Part shown: positions 54,700 through 64,000 of the stretch, one piece after another
Layout: each line of letters starts with the position of its first letter
Numbering within the stretch: position 1 is the stretch's first letter
Assembly (NCBI GenBank): GCA_944324255.1
Contig: CALUVM010000009.1
Coordinates: forward strand, 211 to 64,210
DNA: 64,000 nt
Direction of reading: 5' to 3'
DNA from: Candidatus Gastranaerophilales bacterium
Lineage (GTDB): Bacteria; Cyanobacteriota; Vampirovibrionia; Gastranaerophilales; Gastranaerophilaceae
The notes under the pieces: model-generated
The model's database searches: none
What the model was told of the DNA's origin: nothing
Seen by the model: only the letters and a program-made list of their open reading frames with translations
Translations under genes and position numbers: made by a program

Positions 54700-55740
54700 A
54701 TGAAAGCTCTTATCTGGAAAAGCAAATCAGAAAAAACTGTAGAACTTTCGGAAAAACCATTTCCGAAAATTATTGACCCTAAAGATGCAATCGTAAAAGT
54801 AACCTTATCAAGTATTTGCACCAGCGACCTGCATATAAAAAACGGTTTTGTACCGGCTTCGCATGAAGGGGTTACACTGGGACATGAATTTGTGGGAGAA
54901 GTTGTCGAAATTGGAAATGAAGTCACAAACTTAAAAATCGGCGACAGGGTAAGTGCGAATTGTGAAACCTTTTGCGGAGAATGTTACTTTTGCAAACGAG
55001 GATTTATTAATAATTGCGAAAAAGGCGGATGGCTGCTGGGCTGTTCTATAGACGGATGTCAGGCAGAATATATCAGAGTTCCTTATGCAGACAACGGTTT
55101 AACCAGAATCCCCGACAATCTTAGCTACAAAAATGCACTCTTTGCCGGAGATATTCTCGCAAGCGGCTATTTTGGAGCAGAACTCTGCGAAGTAACCTCC
55201 GGCGATACTGTTGCAGTAATCGGCTCCGGACCTGTCGGGCTATGCTCCATGATATGTGCCAGAATTTTAGGAGCAGAGAAAGTTATCGCAATTGATACCG
55301 ACCCAGTAAGGCTTAATTTAGCGCAAGAACGGAACCTTGCCGATTATACGATTAATCCGCTTAATTGCAATATAGAAGAAGAGATTAAATCTATAACATC
55401 AAACAGAGGTGCTGACAAAGTCATAGAAGCTGCAGGGGGCAAAAACACTTTTGAAACAGCCTGGAAAATCGCCCGTCCTAACGGGATTATTGCAGTTGTT
55501 GCAATGTATGAAGAAAATCAAATCCTTCCGCTTCCTCAAATGTACGGAAAAAACCTCATCTTTAAAACAGGAGGCGTAGACGGAATCCATTCGGAAAAGC
55601 TTTTGAATCTTATATCCGAAGGTAAAATTAACACCGATTTTCTAATCACGCATACTTATCCGCTTGAAAGAATTGAAGAAGGGTACAAGCTTTTTGAAAC
55701 AAGACCGGAGCCTTGTTTGAAAATCGCTATTGAAAGCTAG
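54700..55740 (+). CDS. zinc-dependent alcohol dehydrogenase (MDR family)
   Basis: CTSDLH, GHEFVGEVVEIG, structural-zinc CGECYFCKRGFINNC, Rossmann GSGPVGL. Confidence 0.9.
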   Translation: MKALIWKSKSEKTVELSEKPFPKIIDPKDAIVKVTLSSICTSDLHIKNGFVPASHEGVTLGHEFVGEVVEIGNEVTNLKIGDRVSANCETFCGECYFCKRGFINNCEKGGWLLGCSIDGCQAEYIRVPYADNGLTRIPDNLSYKNALFAGDILASGYFGAELCEVTSGDTVAVIGSGPVGLCSMICARILGAEKVIAIDTDPVRLNLAQERNLADYTINPLNCNIEEEIKSITSNRGADKVIEAAGGKNTFETAWKIARPNGIIAVVAMYEENQILPLPQMYGKNLIFKTGGVDGIHSEKLLNLISEGKINTDFLITHTYPLERIEEGYKLFETRPEPCLKIAIES

Positions 55741-55747
55741 ATTCTTT

Positions 55748-58546
55748 CTATTTAATTTTCTTTAATGCCGAAATAAAGTTGAAATGCTCAACATCACCGT
55801 CAACAGTGGTCAAGAATACCTGCGCATTCTCTTCATCTCCGGAAGTCAATTCCGGTATAAGCGCAAGCTCTGCCGCATAATAGTTTGCATCGTTAGAATT
55901 CCCCAGAGAACTTCTGTTAGCAAGACTGTTTAGCGAGAAGTTTCTTAAAAAGCCTTCAATACCTTTATTTTTGTTAGTAAATTTAGTATAAATTCTTAAA
56001 GATGCATCTCTTGTTTCCAAATCAAATCTTCCCATAATCAGAGTTGCAAGCTGATCGGCAGAAGATTTAATCATCATTCTTTCAATAACATTGTCTTTTA
56101 TATCCAGCTGTCCGCTAATCTTATCAAACCTTCCTTCCGGAATATTAACAAGGTCAAACAATGTAGACGGACTAATCATTGCCATAGGGTTCCTGAACAA
56201 AGATACAAAGTTCAGAGCATATTCAACCAATCCGACTTTTTGTATTGTTCCGTCATTGATAGCAAATTTCATCATACCATCAAGCTTCATATCTTTATCA
56301 GTTGTTAAATCAATGATACCGCTTGCTTTACCGGTTATTTCCCGTTTAAGGCTGAGGATTGCCGTCGCAATTTTATCAGAGTCAACATCTTTTACTCCGA
56401 GTACAAAATGGAACAAGAAATTAACAAGGTCACAGCGTACTTTTACTGACGAGTGCCCGTCTGCAAAATCAAATCTGTTTGAATCAATACTCAAATTTCC
56501 GTCTTTATCTAAAGAAGCTGTAGCTTTTAAGTTACCAAATTCAATATCTTTGTATTTACCCCTGTCAAGAGTAAACACGGCCTTATTGAGCACTACAAGC
56601 CCCGGAACAAATGCCGGCATTGCTTCATCAGAAGCTGTATCAGTATCGTTTTCCATTGCCTTTACAAAATCTTCTTCCGCTTTAGTCTTTTCGGCTTCTG
56701 CTGCAGCAGGTTGTTTTACAGGAGGCGGAGCCAGAAGTTTTTCAATATCAATTTGGTCTATGCTCAGTTTTACTCCTTCAATTACAATAGGGAAAGTTAT
56801 TTCGTTAAGAATACTTCCGCCAAAGGTATAGTTTGAGCGTCTGAATTTTCCTTTTGAATAGAAAAGCAGTCTGTTTCTTGTTGTTTTAAAGTTGCCTTCT
56901 TTAATAAATAATCTGGCAGACGGGATTATAACCTTTTCCGCTTTAAGATTTCCTTTAAGAACAGGATGTTTGCCTCTGTCAATCCATTCTAAGTTACCCG
57001 AAATTAAACCTTTTCTAAATACCCTCTGTCCTAAAAATACGTTCAAAAACTCACTCGGCAGAGGTTTTGGAATATCAAACCCGAAATCAAGGATTTTGGA
57101 ATTTTGTGCAAGATCAACATTTCCGTTTAATGTAAGTATAGGTTTAATTTTACTGTCTTTATTTATTTGTGAAGCTATATAGTATTTAATATTTTCAATA
57201 TTCAGAATATTTCCTTTTACATGCATATTGCAGACAATAGCTCTGTCATAGTTTACCGGACTCAGCGAAGAGCCTTCCAGCAAAATATCATTCCCTTTAG
57301 TCAAAAGAGCCATATAATTTACATCAATATTATTATATTTTGATAATATTTCAATCCTTGTTCCGGCAGGCTTTTCACCCGTCATCGTTATATTAATTCC
57401 GGCAAGTTTGGAAAGATAGTTCCTTGTAAAATCATCCGTCATAACCGTATCAACAGTTATTTTTGTATCAACGGATTTATAATAATCCGTAACAGTACCG
57501 TATAATTTAAGCTTGTTATTCTTATTTGAACCGTAATATCCCTCAAAATCTTTAAGCGTAATAAGTTCAGGGGTAATCTCTATAGAACCTTTTTCTGCAT
57601 ATACAGGCATCATTGATAATGAGCGCATATTAAAGAACCCGTTCTTGACTTTAATATCCCCATCCAGACCTTTTTTAGTCATTAAAATATCAAAGTCAAC
57701 AAACCCTTTAAGATTCTGAGTTTCCGCTAAAATATCACTCCCGTTTGCAAGAATAAGATTTAGCCCTAAAAGGTCTGCACCGTCCTGGACGTTAAAGTTT
57801 TTAGATTCGGCTTTGACCGCAAAACCTTTTTTGCCTGCAATAGATTTTAGCGTAATTTTTGAATTATTAATATTTATAGGACAATCTTTGATTATTAAGC
57901 GTTTTTTAGCCGTATAAAAACTGTTATTATCATTCAAAGCTATTTTTGTAGTATGGTTTCCTTTGGTTAAGATTGCATCTATATTGAATCTTACATATTT
58001 AGGATTTCTTTTTTCTTCAATCAGCATATTCTTGCCGAGAAGTTTTAGTTTAACATCTTTAGAAAGAGAGGTTAAAACTTCGCAATTATTTATATATAGC
58101 TTGGAATCAAAAATATTAATCTTGAAAGGAAGCGGTTTTACTTCTTCTGTTTTCTTTTCTTCTGCAGGGAAAAGTTTCATCAGATTATCGGCATCAGCAT
58201 AAACAGAATCAATTCCGAGCTCTTTAAAAGTAATATTTCTATCGAAAATCAAACCGTAAGTAAAATCGGTTTTAAAATCCTTTATTACAAGAAGAGTTTC
58301 TTCACCCTTCTTGAGAGTTAAATTATCGCAGCCAATAATTAGCCTCGGCAGAATACTTGTTTTTAAAAGCGGTTTTTCAAGAACTAAATCCACACCCAGA
58401 GTTTTGGAAGTAATTTCTTTTACCTTATTTATCCCAAAATCGCTCATAACGGTTTTTGGCAATATTACTAAATAAAACAACGTCCATAAAGCAACTAAAA
58501 TCACAATAACGGACAAAAATATTTCAAAAAATCTTCTTTTATTCAT
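55748..58546 (-). CDS. AsmA-family (AsmA/TamB-like) envelope protein
   Basis: N-terminal TM anchor followed by about 900 aa of beta-rich sequence with AsmA-like N- and C-terminal character. Confidence 0.55.
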   Translation of the reverse strand: MNKRRFFEIFLSVIVILVALWTLFYLVILPKTVMSDFGINKVKEITSKTLGVDLVLEKPLLKTSILPRLIIGCDNLTLKKGEETLLVIKDFKTDFTYGLIFDRNITFKELGIDSVYADADNLMKLFPAEEKKTEEVKPLPFKINIFDSKLYINNCEVLTSLSKDVKLKLLGKNMLIEEKRNPKYVRFNIDAILTKGNHTTKIALNDNNSFYTAKKRLIIKDCPININNSKITLKSIAGKKGFAVKAESKNFNVQDGADLLGLNLILANGSDILAETQNLKGFVDFDILMTKKGLDGDIKVKNGFFNMRSLSMMPVYAEKGSIEITPELITLKDFEGYYGSNKNNKLKLYGTVTDYYKSVDTKITVDTVMTDDFTRNYLSKLAGINITMTGEKPAGTRIEILSKYNNIDVNYMALLTKGNDILLEGSSLSPVNYDRAIVCNMHVKGNILNIENIKYYIASQINKDSKIKPILTLNGNVDLAQNSKILDFGFDIPKPLPSEFLNVFLGQRVFRKGLISGNLEWIDRGKHPVLKGNLKAEKVIIPSARLFIKEGNFKTTRNRLLFYSKGKFRRSNYTFGGSILNEITFPIVIEGVKLSIDQIDIEKLLAPPPVKQPAAAEAEKTKAEEDFVKAMENDTDTASDEAMPAFVPGLVVLNKAVFTLDRGKYKDIEFGNLKATASLDKDGNLSIDSNRFDFADGHSSVKVRCDLVNFLFHFVLGVKDVDSDKIATAILSLKREITGKASGIIDLTTDKDMKLDGMMKFAINDGTIQKVGLVEYALNFVSLFRNPMAMISPSTLFDLVNIPEGRFDKISGQLDIKDNVIERMMIKSSADQLATLIMGRFDLETRDASLRIYTKFTNKNKGIEGFLRNFSLNSLANRSSLGNSNDANYYAAELALIPELTSGDEENAQVFLTTVDGDVEHFNFISALKKIK

Positions 58547-58564
58547 AACTTAACCCTCAAAAAA

Positions 58565-58573
58565 ATTATAGCA
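58565..58573 (-). promoter_or_regulatory. extended -10 promoter TGcTATAAT for the AsmA-like gene (with a leader and SD)
   Basis: The minus strand reads TGcTATAAT, then 18 nt including gaggg, then ATG. Confidence 0.45.
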
Positions 58574-58623
58574 TAGAGAAATTTAAAGAAGTTATTTTAT
58601 GTTGAAACAGAAAGCCTATATGA

Positions 58624-59841
58624 TTAAGGAGTCTGCTTTTGAGTCAACAATTTATATGTAAAAGTTGTGTATCTGTAAGAAATATATGCTGCAGCAAGTA
58701 AGTACGAAATAGCTGCACCATAAATATTAAACTTGTGAAAAACAGACAATGATATGATAGTGACTAAAGTTGCTTCAAGCTGCATCGGAATTTTCATTTT
58801 CTGGTTACCGCTTGCCGTTATGTAAGCGCCGTAGACACCCGCCTCTCCTACACAAATATTTCCTATAGTCAAAAGCAAAAGCATCCAGTATGCGTTTGTG
58901 TAATAACTTTGTCCATAGAGTAAGAGCAGAATAATTTTACCGAATATTGCTATAAAAATAAAGACTCCGGATGTAATTAAAAGAATAAAAATTAAATTCT
59001 TTTTTATAATAGTTCTAATATTTTCTATTGATCCTTTAATCATTTCAGGCACCATTTTTTGTACTTGAGCTGCAATCAAAAGCCCTATTACATTAGCAAT
59101 TGTAAAAGCTGAAAAGTACAGAGCGGCTTGCGTTTTTTCTAAGAACGTGGAAACATACAGAGATGGAATCTGGGCATACAAAAAATAGGCGACTGTTACA
59201 CCCATATAGGCAAAAATTCCTTTATCAACCATTTTAATAAATCTTCTAATATAGCTAAATACCAGCAGATAATTTATTTTTGCAAAAAACGAGCATTGAA
59301 CAAAATTTATAAACCCTAAAATAATATTCAAGATTAAAAACTTGATTAATGAGAGTTTAAATATAAATGAAATCACTGCAATAAGTGAAATACAGACAGC
59401 ATAGATTATATTAATCACGGCAATTTGATTAAACTTCTTTGCAGCCTGGAAATACGGTAAAACCAGTGCAAAGAAGGTATTATCAAAAAATGTCCTTATA
59501 ACAACCAGCCAGAATAATAAATGACTGTCCAGCTTAAAAAATATAGAAAAGAATCCTATCCAAAAAGCTATCATAACCGCATTGAGCATAAACAGAGATA
59601 TTTTCAGCTTAACCTCTTTTACATTCGCCTGAGAAGATACCAGAATATATTCTCCAAACCCGAGATTTGCAAACATAAAGCAAAAACCCGCAATATTTTT
59701 GTAGCTTGAAAACAATCCGTAATCATAGACCGATAAGTATCTTGCAATAACAAACAATACAATTGTTCCCGCCATCTGTCTTGCGTAGAGGGAGATTGCA
59801 TATAAATTATTATTTATTATGTTTTTTATTATGTTTTTCAT
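58624..59841 (-). CDS. oligosaccharide flippase (Wzx / MOP superfamily)
   Basis: About 12 TM helices and polysaccharide-biosynthesis-protein character. Last gene of the glycan operon. Confidence 0.7.
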   Translation of the reverse strand: MKNIIKNIINNNLYAISLYARQMAGTIVLFVIARYLSVYDYGLFSSYKNIAGFCFMFANLGFGEYILVSSQANVKEVKLKISLFMLNAVMIAFWIGFFSIFFKLDSHLLFWLVVIRTFFDNTFFALVLPYFQAAKKFNQIAVINIIYAVCISLIAVISFIFKLSLIKFLILNIILGFINFVQCSFFAKINYLLVFSYIRRFIKMVDKGIFAYMGVTVAYFLYAQIPSLYVSTFLEKTQAALYFSAFTIANVIGLLIAAQVQKMVPEMIKGSIENIRTIIKKNLIFILLITSGVFIFIAIFGKIILLLLYGQSYYTNAYWMLLLLTIGNICVGEAGVYGAYITASGNQKMKIPMQLEATLVTIISLSVFHKFNIYGAAISYLLAAAYISYRYTTFTYKLLTQKQTP

Positions 59842-61007
59842 TAATTCTTTTTTAATATCTTCTTTTTAATAAAACTTTTAATAAAATTGGGTAATATTCT
59901 ATATACAATTACGTAAAATGGCAGCTTTGTATACTTTTTCATAAGCCTTATATATGATATATTCGGATTCTGTATCTTACTTAAAAATACTTCTTGTTTT
60001 CCTTTAGACTTTATTCGTCCTGTGATATTAGGATTTCCGTTAATTGCGACTTCCAGCGACACAGAAGTTAAGACACAAATATCTTCAATTTGCTTCAAAA
60101 TCTTCTTACCTTTAGTGGAATTGACCAAAATTATTGAAAGCCCCTTTTTATCATTTAAATTTGGATTAAAGTTTTCCACTCCCCAAAAATCACCTATCGT
60201 TACATCACCTGCTCTCGGAATTTTATTAAACTTACACTCGCCGCAGCAATAATTTGCACTAAAATCCATTACTTTAGGATATAAATCATTTTGGATTTTG
60301 TAAGAATGTTTGTTTGTTGTAATTTCTGTACAATACTTTCCCCATCCTTCTATTTTTGAGCGAAAATTAATATTTGTAATAAATTCATCATCATCTTTGT
60401 CCAGCATAAAATTTTGCTTATATTTTTCAAACAACAATCTGGATTGTACGCCATTACATATCAAATCAATTGTAAATAAGTTCTCGTAATCTTTTCTCAA
60501 AAACCCTTTTAGCCCTGCAATTTGACAAGGTGTACCGGTATATAGGACATTTATACCGTTTTCTAAATCAACTTTAACCTCTTTGAATGTATTTTTTGTA
60601 TTACTTTGAACATATTTAGAACCATGCATTTGTTCCAGTTCTTCCAGAGTTGCCGCACGGCTATGAAAAGCTTTTATATTTTCATCCCAAACAACCCCAT
60701 AAACAGCACCGCCGGAAGCAATAAGTTTACTTGCAAAAGCATAAAATGCACCACCTGAAGCACTTTTCAAACGTATAATATCATCTTTATAAATAAGGGC
60801 ATACGCTTGCAAACGCTCTTCTAAACATATTTTAGAGTTAATAACAGGACAAACTGTTTTACAGAGATTACAATTTATGCAGAGTTTGGTATTTACAACT
60901 GGTTTCAAAAAACCATATTTGTCTTCCGTCATTTTGATTGCCCCGTGTGGGCAAATATTGGAGCAAGCCCCGCAGCCTGTACATTTTTTACTTTCTACTA
61001 TTTGCAT
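59841..61007 (-). CDS. FrhB-family (coenzyme F420 hydrogenase beta-like) flavoprotein with two N-terminal 4Fe-4S motifs
   Basis: CTGCGACSNICP and CINCNLCKTVCP. This protein type commonly accompanies pyruvyl transferases in glycan loci. Confidence 0.7.
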   Translation of the reverse strand: MQIVESKKCTGCGACSNICPHGAIKMTEDKYGFLKPVVNTKLCINCNLCKTVCPVINSKICLEERLQAYALIYKDDIIRLKSASGGAFYAFASKLIASGGAVYGVVWDENIKAFHSRAATLEELEQMHGSKYVQSNTKNTFKEVKVDLENGINVLYTGTPCQIAGLKGFLRKDYENLFTIDLICNGVQSRLLFEKYKQNFMLDKDDDEFITNINFRSKIEGWGKYCTEITTNKHSYKIQNDLYPKVMDFSANYCCGECKFNKIPRAGDVTIGDFWGVENFNPNLNDKKGLSIILVNSTKGKKILKQIEDICVLTSVSLEVAINGNPNITGRIKSKGKQEVFLSKIQNPNISYIRLMKKYTKLPFYVIVYRILPNFIKSFIKKKILKKN

Positions 61008-62212
61008 TTTGTCATATTCCTCAATTTTCTGATTATGGTTTTTAACGGTTCCGGTAAAAATTTATAGAAAATAATCAGCCATAAATTCCATAAACTTTTC
61101 TTTATCTGATAAGCTAACGTTGCCTGCTGCTCCAGTTGACAAAGCTTTTCTTCCAGAAACCGTGTTCTTACTTTCTGTTTTTCTTCATACTTTCCGGCAG
61201 GAGCATCAAGAGCCTTTTTCAAAAACACTAAACCACGCTCCCGTTCTTCTGCAATCCTTTTATTAACTTTTTCATAATCAATTTTAAATATACAGTCCTT
61301 GCTATAAATCTCCTCTATTGAATCAATGCTCTGGTTTTCTATCCCTAACATCTCAAACAAAGATTCAAAGCGGGAAGCCGCCCCCATATCTTTTGACAGG
61401 CAAATAAACGGTTTATTAAATATAACTGCAAAACAGATTGCATGGTAAGAATTTGTTATCAAGAATTCACAAGTCTTAATAGTATTTAGCCAATCTTCTA
61501 TTGTATATTTAGAATTATGTAATTCTACGACTCTGTAACCATATTTTTCGGTTAAAAATTTATCTATTTTTTTATCTTTTTTCATAAACATACAACTTGC
61601 AATTAGCGGAGCCTTCTTTTTCTTAGATATTCCCGCTAATTCCTTGTATTTAAATGAATCCAGTATAAACACAGGATCAATTATCCATTCCGCATCAACA
61701 CCAAATAAATCTTTGCAAATTTCAACCCCCTGTTTTTCCCTGACTGAGATACAGTCAAAGGATTTTAAAGATTCTTTCATTCGTTGAATAACTTTGCTAT
61801 CTGTTTCTTTTAAAAAGTTTTCTTTATCAACGCCAAAGCTTGCTGAAAAAGCTATTTTTTTCTTATCAGAAGTTGCAAAATCTAACAAGAAGGTTTCAAA
61901 AGTTCTTTTGTTAATTTGCGGTCTAAATATTTGATCTGAACCAACTATAAATGTATCGCAAGTTTTATTTAAATTCATCAATGAGGATATATATCTACAA
62001 ACAGGGGTTATAGTCAGATATTTGCTTGAAAACTTTAAATGAAATTTTTGTTTTTTATCATTCATCCATTGTGACCAGTCTGAATTATCAACTAAAACAG
62101 AATTGTCAATTATTTGCTGCAGGGCATAAGCGGTCAAATTTGCACCATAATTCGCCGCCCACCAGTAATTTAAAATATATTTATTTTTGGTATCCATTAA
62201 TAACATCCTCAT
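60998..62212 (-). CDS. polysaccharide pyruvyl transferase family protein
   Basis: NYWWAANYGANLTAYAL N-terminus and ITNSYHAICFAVIFNKPF are typical of PS_pyruv_trans. Confidence 0.75.
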   Translation of the reverse strand: MRMLLMDTKNKYILNYWWAANYGANLTAYALQQIIDNSVLVDNSDWSQWMNDKKQKFHLKFSSKYLTITPVCRYISSLMNLNKTCDTFIVGSDQIFRPQINKRTFETFLLDFATSDKKKIAFSASFGVDKENFLKETDSKVIQRMKESLKSFDCISVREKQGVEICKDLFGVDAEWIIDPVFILDSFKYKELAGISKKKKAPLIASCMFMKKDKKIDKFLTEKYGYRVVELHNSKYTIEDWLNTIKTCEFLITNSYHAICFAVIFNKPFICLSKDMGAASRFESLFEMLGIENQSIDSIEEIYSKDCIFKIDYEKVNKRIAEERERGLVFLKKALDAPAGKYEEKQKVRTRFLEEKLCQLEQQATLAYQIKKSLWNLWLIIFYKFLPEPLKTIIRKLRNMTKCK

Positions 62213-63422
62213 ATACTTTCATTAATTCTTTGTAATACCTATCTTCCGTATACTGTGTCACAGCTTTTTGATATCCGTTTTTGCCGTGTTCTACCACAAG
62301 CTGTGGATTATTCCGGTATTTCAATATACATTCTTTTAACTGTTCAACATTACCCGGTTCGAACAATAAACCGCTTACATTGTGTTCAACAATCTCCGGA
62401 ATACCACCGATATTACTTGCAATAACGGGTTTTCCATTAATAAAGGATTCAACGTTAGTCATTCCAAATATTTCAAACCAATTACACGGAAGAATTGTCG
62501 ATATGCAGTTTTGATACTCTTTTTTTATCTCTTCTCTGTTCTTGAACCCTAAAAATTCAACATTATCTAAATTATGCTCTTTTGCATATTCTTTTAAAGA
62601 TTGTTCTTCTTTTCCTGTTCCTACAATATGAAGCTTGATATCTTTAGGCAAATCTTTCATTGCTTCCAGTAAATAATGAACTCCTTTTTCTTTATCCAAA
62701 CGCCCTATATAAAGAAAATATCCTTGATTATTATAATTTGGTATTGTGTTTAGTTCTTGTTTAACCAGAAAATTATTTATAATAATAATTCTATCGGGTT
62801 TAATTCCAATATTAGATTCTAATATCAAATTTCTTAGAGCTTCTGAAGGACTAATAAACTTCATAATATGCTTATCATATCCAGTCATATAATTTACAAA
62901 TGATTGCAATGCAACTCGAAAAGATTGTTCATAGCCTTTGGGTGCACATTTATTAAAGAAGCAATGGAATTTGTTCCATCCTTTACATTTTATACAGTCC
63001 TTACCATTGCCATCTATTAATGTCATCATTGGACAAACTAAATATGCATCATGAAGAGTCATTATGATTGGAATTTTTCTGTCTATGATAGGTTTTAAAA
63101 CCGAATAAGACATTGACGCAAATCTTAAACTATGGACATGAAAAATATCAGGAGAAAATTCTGCTAAAACTCGCTCGATTCCTTTTTGAGATTTCCAATT
63201 ATAGTAATATACCCCAATATTTATCAAATATTTGGATAAAGTACTCATTGTATTGGGAAAATATTTGTAAAATTTGTAATTTTGATTGTTACAATACTCT
63301 TTAGTTGTAAAGTATTCTACATCAAAACCTCGTTGTTTAAAGATTTCATAAGTATTATTTGCAATAATTCCACAACCGGAATCGTTTGTAAATAACCCAT
63401 TAGCATACAGTATTTTCATCAA
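62181..63422 (-). CDS. glycosyltransferase family 4 (GT-B, Glycos_transf_1)
   Basis: C-terminal EIFGMTNVESFINGKPVIASNIGGIPEIV (E-x7-E region). Confidence 0.85.
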   Translation of the reverse strand: MMKILYANGLFTNDSGCGIIANNTYEIFKQRGFDVEYFTTKEYCNNQNYKFYKYFPNTMSTLSKYLINIGVYYYNWKSQKGIERVLAEFSPDIFHVHSLRFASMSYSVLKPIIDRKIPIIMTLHDAYLVCPMMTLIDGNGKDCIKCKGWNKFHCFFNKCAPKGYEQSFRVALQSFVNYMTGYDKHIMKFISPSEALRNLILESNIGIKPDRIIIINNFLVKQELNTIPNYNNQGYFLYIGRLDKEKGVHYLLEAMKDLPKDIKLHIVGTGKEEQSLKEYAKEHNLDNVEFLGFKNREEIKKEYQNCISTILPCNWFEIFGMTNVESFINGKPVIASNIGGIPEIVEHNVSGLLFEPGNVEQLKECILKYRNNPQLVVEHGKNGYQKAVTQYTEDRYYKELMKVYEDVINGYQK

Positions 63423-64000
63423 AAGCCTCCAGTTTTGTGTGAAAATAATTATTTTTTTTCAAATGGTAAATTAACATTATTGAGACAGCAATCATTATAC
63501 ACAAATGCTCACTATATAAATTCAAAGAGTAAAACATTAATAAAAATATTGATGACAATGATACGATGCAAGCCTTTAGAAATATATAGTTAAATGTCTG
63601 CTTACTATTTATCTTCAAATATGTACTTAATGTTTTATATAGTTTGTAATAGAAAAAGATAAATATAGAAAAAACAACAATACCATTTTCAGCCAAAAAA
63701 TGATATATAAAAGCTTTGTTATACCCTAATTTCGTATTTGTTAGTACTGCAGCTTGCAATTTAAAATTAATTTCTTTAGTTAAACTAACAGGAGAATTGC
63801 TCAACTGTTCAAGCATACTATATGGCATATTTCCTAAACCAACACCAGTAAGAGGATGTTTAAAAAAAATAATAAATTCATTAATATAATTAATAACTCT
63901 TGTTGCAAGACTAGGTTCTACAAGAATAAAATCATCAAATGTATGAACTTTTGTTAAAACATTAATAATTCGCGAAATAAAAGTTTCTGAAAAATCTATA
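63400..64000 (-). CDS. O-antigen ligase/polymerase-like (Wzy_C) membrane protein, 5' end outside the window
   Basis: The frame upstream of the annotated Met at 63828 stays open to position 64000. It encodes ...FKHPLTGVGLGNMPYS..., the typical P-x-G-x-G-x-G-N loop, followed by TM helices. Confidence 0.55.
   Translation of the reverse strand, partial: IDFSETFISRIINVLTKVHTFDDFILVEPSLATRVINYINEFIIFFKHPLTGVGLGNMPYSMLEQLSNSPVSLTKEINFKLQAAVLTNTKLGYNKAFIYHFLAENGIVVFSIFIFFYYKLYKTLSTYLKINSKQTFNYIFLKACIVSLSSIFLLMFYSLNLYSEHLCIMIAVSIMLIYHLKKNNYFHTKLEAFDENTVC

Noticed and set aside
56091-56831. A 246-aa ORF antisense to the AsmA-like gene. Similar long antisense ORFs are at 45084-45491, 53431-53964, 23614-24075, 7585-7935 and 20330-20668.
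   Set aside because: They are Ser/Phe/Leu/Ile-rich, the mirror image of Lys/Glu/Asn-rich sense codons. They lack SD sequences and sit fully inside well-supported genes, so they are most likely frame artefacts.
1-64000. A search for CRISPR arrays, rRNA genes, transposases, integrases, phage modules, toxin-antitoxin pairs and known defence systems.
   Set aside because: I saw no regularly spaced direct repeats. I also saw no recombinase, transposase or phage-structural signatures in any of the translated ORFs. The unknown-gene region lacks flanking mobility genes, so I do not call it a genomic island.

Overview
This is a 64-kb chromosomal window from an AT-rich (roughly one-third G+C by eye) diderm bacterium. 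I count about 57 protein genes and one tRNA-Leu(UAA). I saw no rRNA, CRISPR array, transposase, integrase or prophage. Layout: (1) 0.1-31 kb is mostly recognisable housekeeping and envelope genes: mutL, a TolC + HlyD-type adaptor pair, nadK, DapL-type LL-diaminopimelate aminotransferase, an mlaE/F/D-like MCE operon, an MsbA-like ABC exporter + manC, rlmH, mscS, nifS-nifU, pdxJ, murT, a YtxH/DUF948-type cluster of small membrane proteins, dprA-topA, lptC-lptA-TPR, an ATP-grasp enzyme and a TPS-domain (filamentous-haemagglutinin-like) exoprotein. (2) 31-54 kb is dominated by ORFs I cannot place in known families, interleaved with ilvD and 5-formyl-THF cyclo-ligase. It holds a five-gene block (35.3-39.9 kb) containing two paralogs with conserved terminal helices and a variable middle, a Gly/Ser/Tyr low-complexity protein and a possible kinase-fold protein. 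It also holds a Tyr/Asn-rich glycine-zipper protein divergent from a 1923-aa giant protein that carries what looks like a split papain-like Cys/His/Asn triad, then a TrmB-type regulator, and an operon of two tandem paralogs plus a Maf (DUF115) glycosyltransferase with no flagellin in sight. (3) 54-64 kb holds a SIMPL protein, a Zn-ADH, an AsmA-like protein and a Wzx/Wzy-type polysaccharide locus with a pyruvyl transferase. The clearest window-wide signal read directly from the DNA is a recurrent TGnTAnnnT-N6-ATG arrangement at seven gene starts, which suggests leaderless mRNAs. There is also a GC-rich structured 72-nt insert flanked by perfect 44-nt direct repeats immediately upstream of, and overlapping, the tRNA-Leu gene. 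Gene content (DapL, Lpt/Mla/TolC, NifSU, low GC) would fit an uncultured gut lineage such as Vampirovibrionia/Melainabacteria, but that is inference only. All functional calls rest on motif recognition by eye in the supplied translations; no searches were run.
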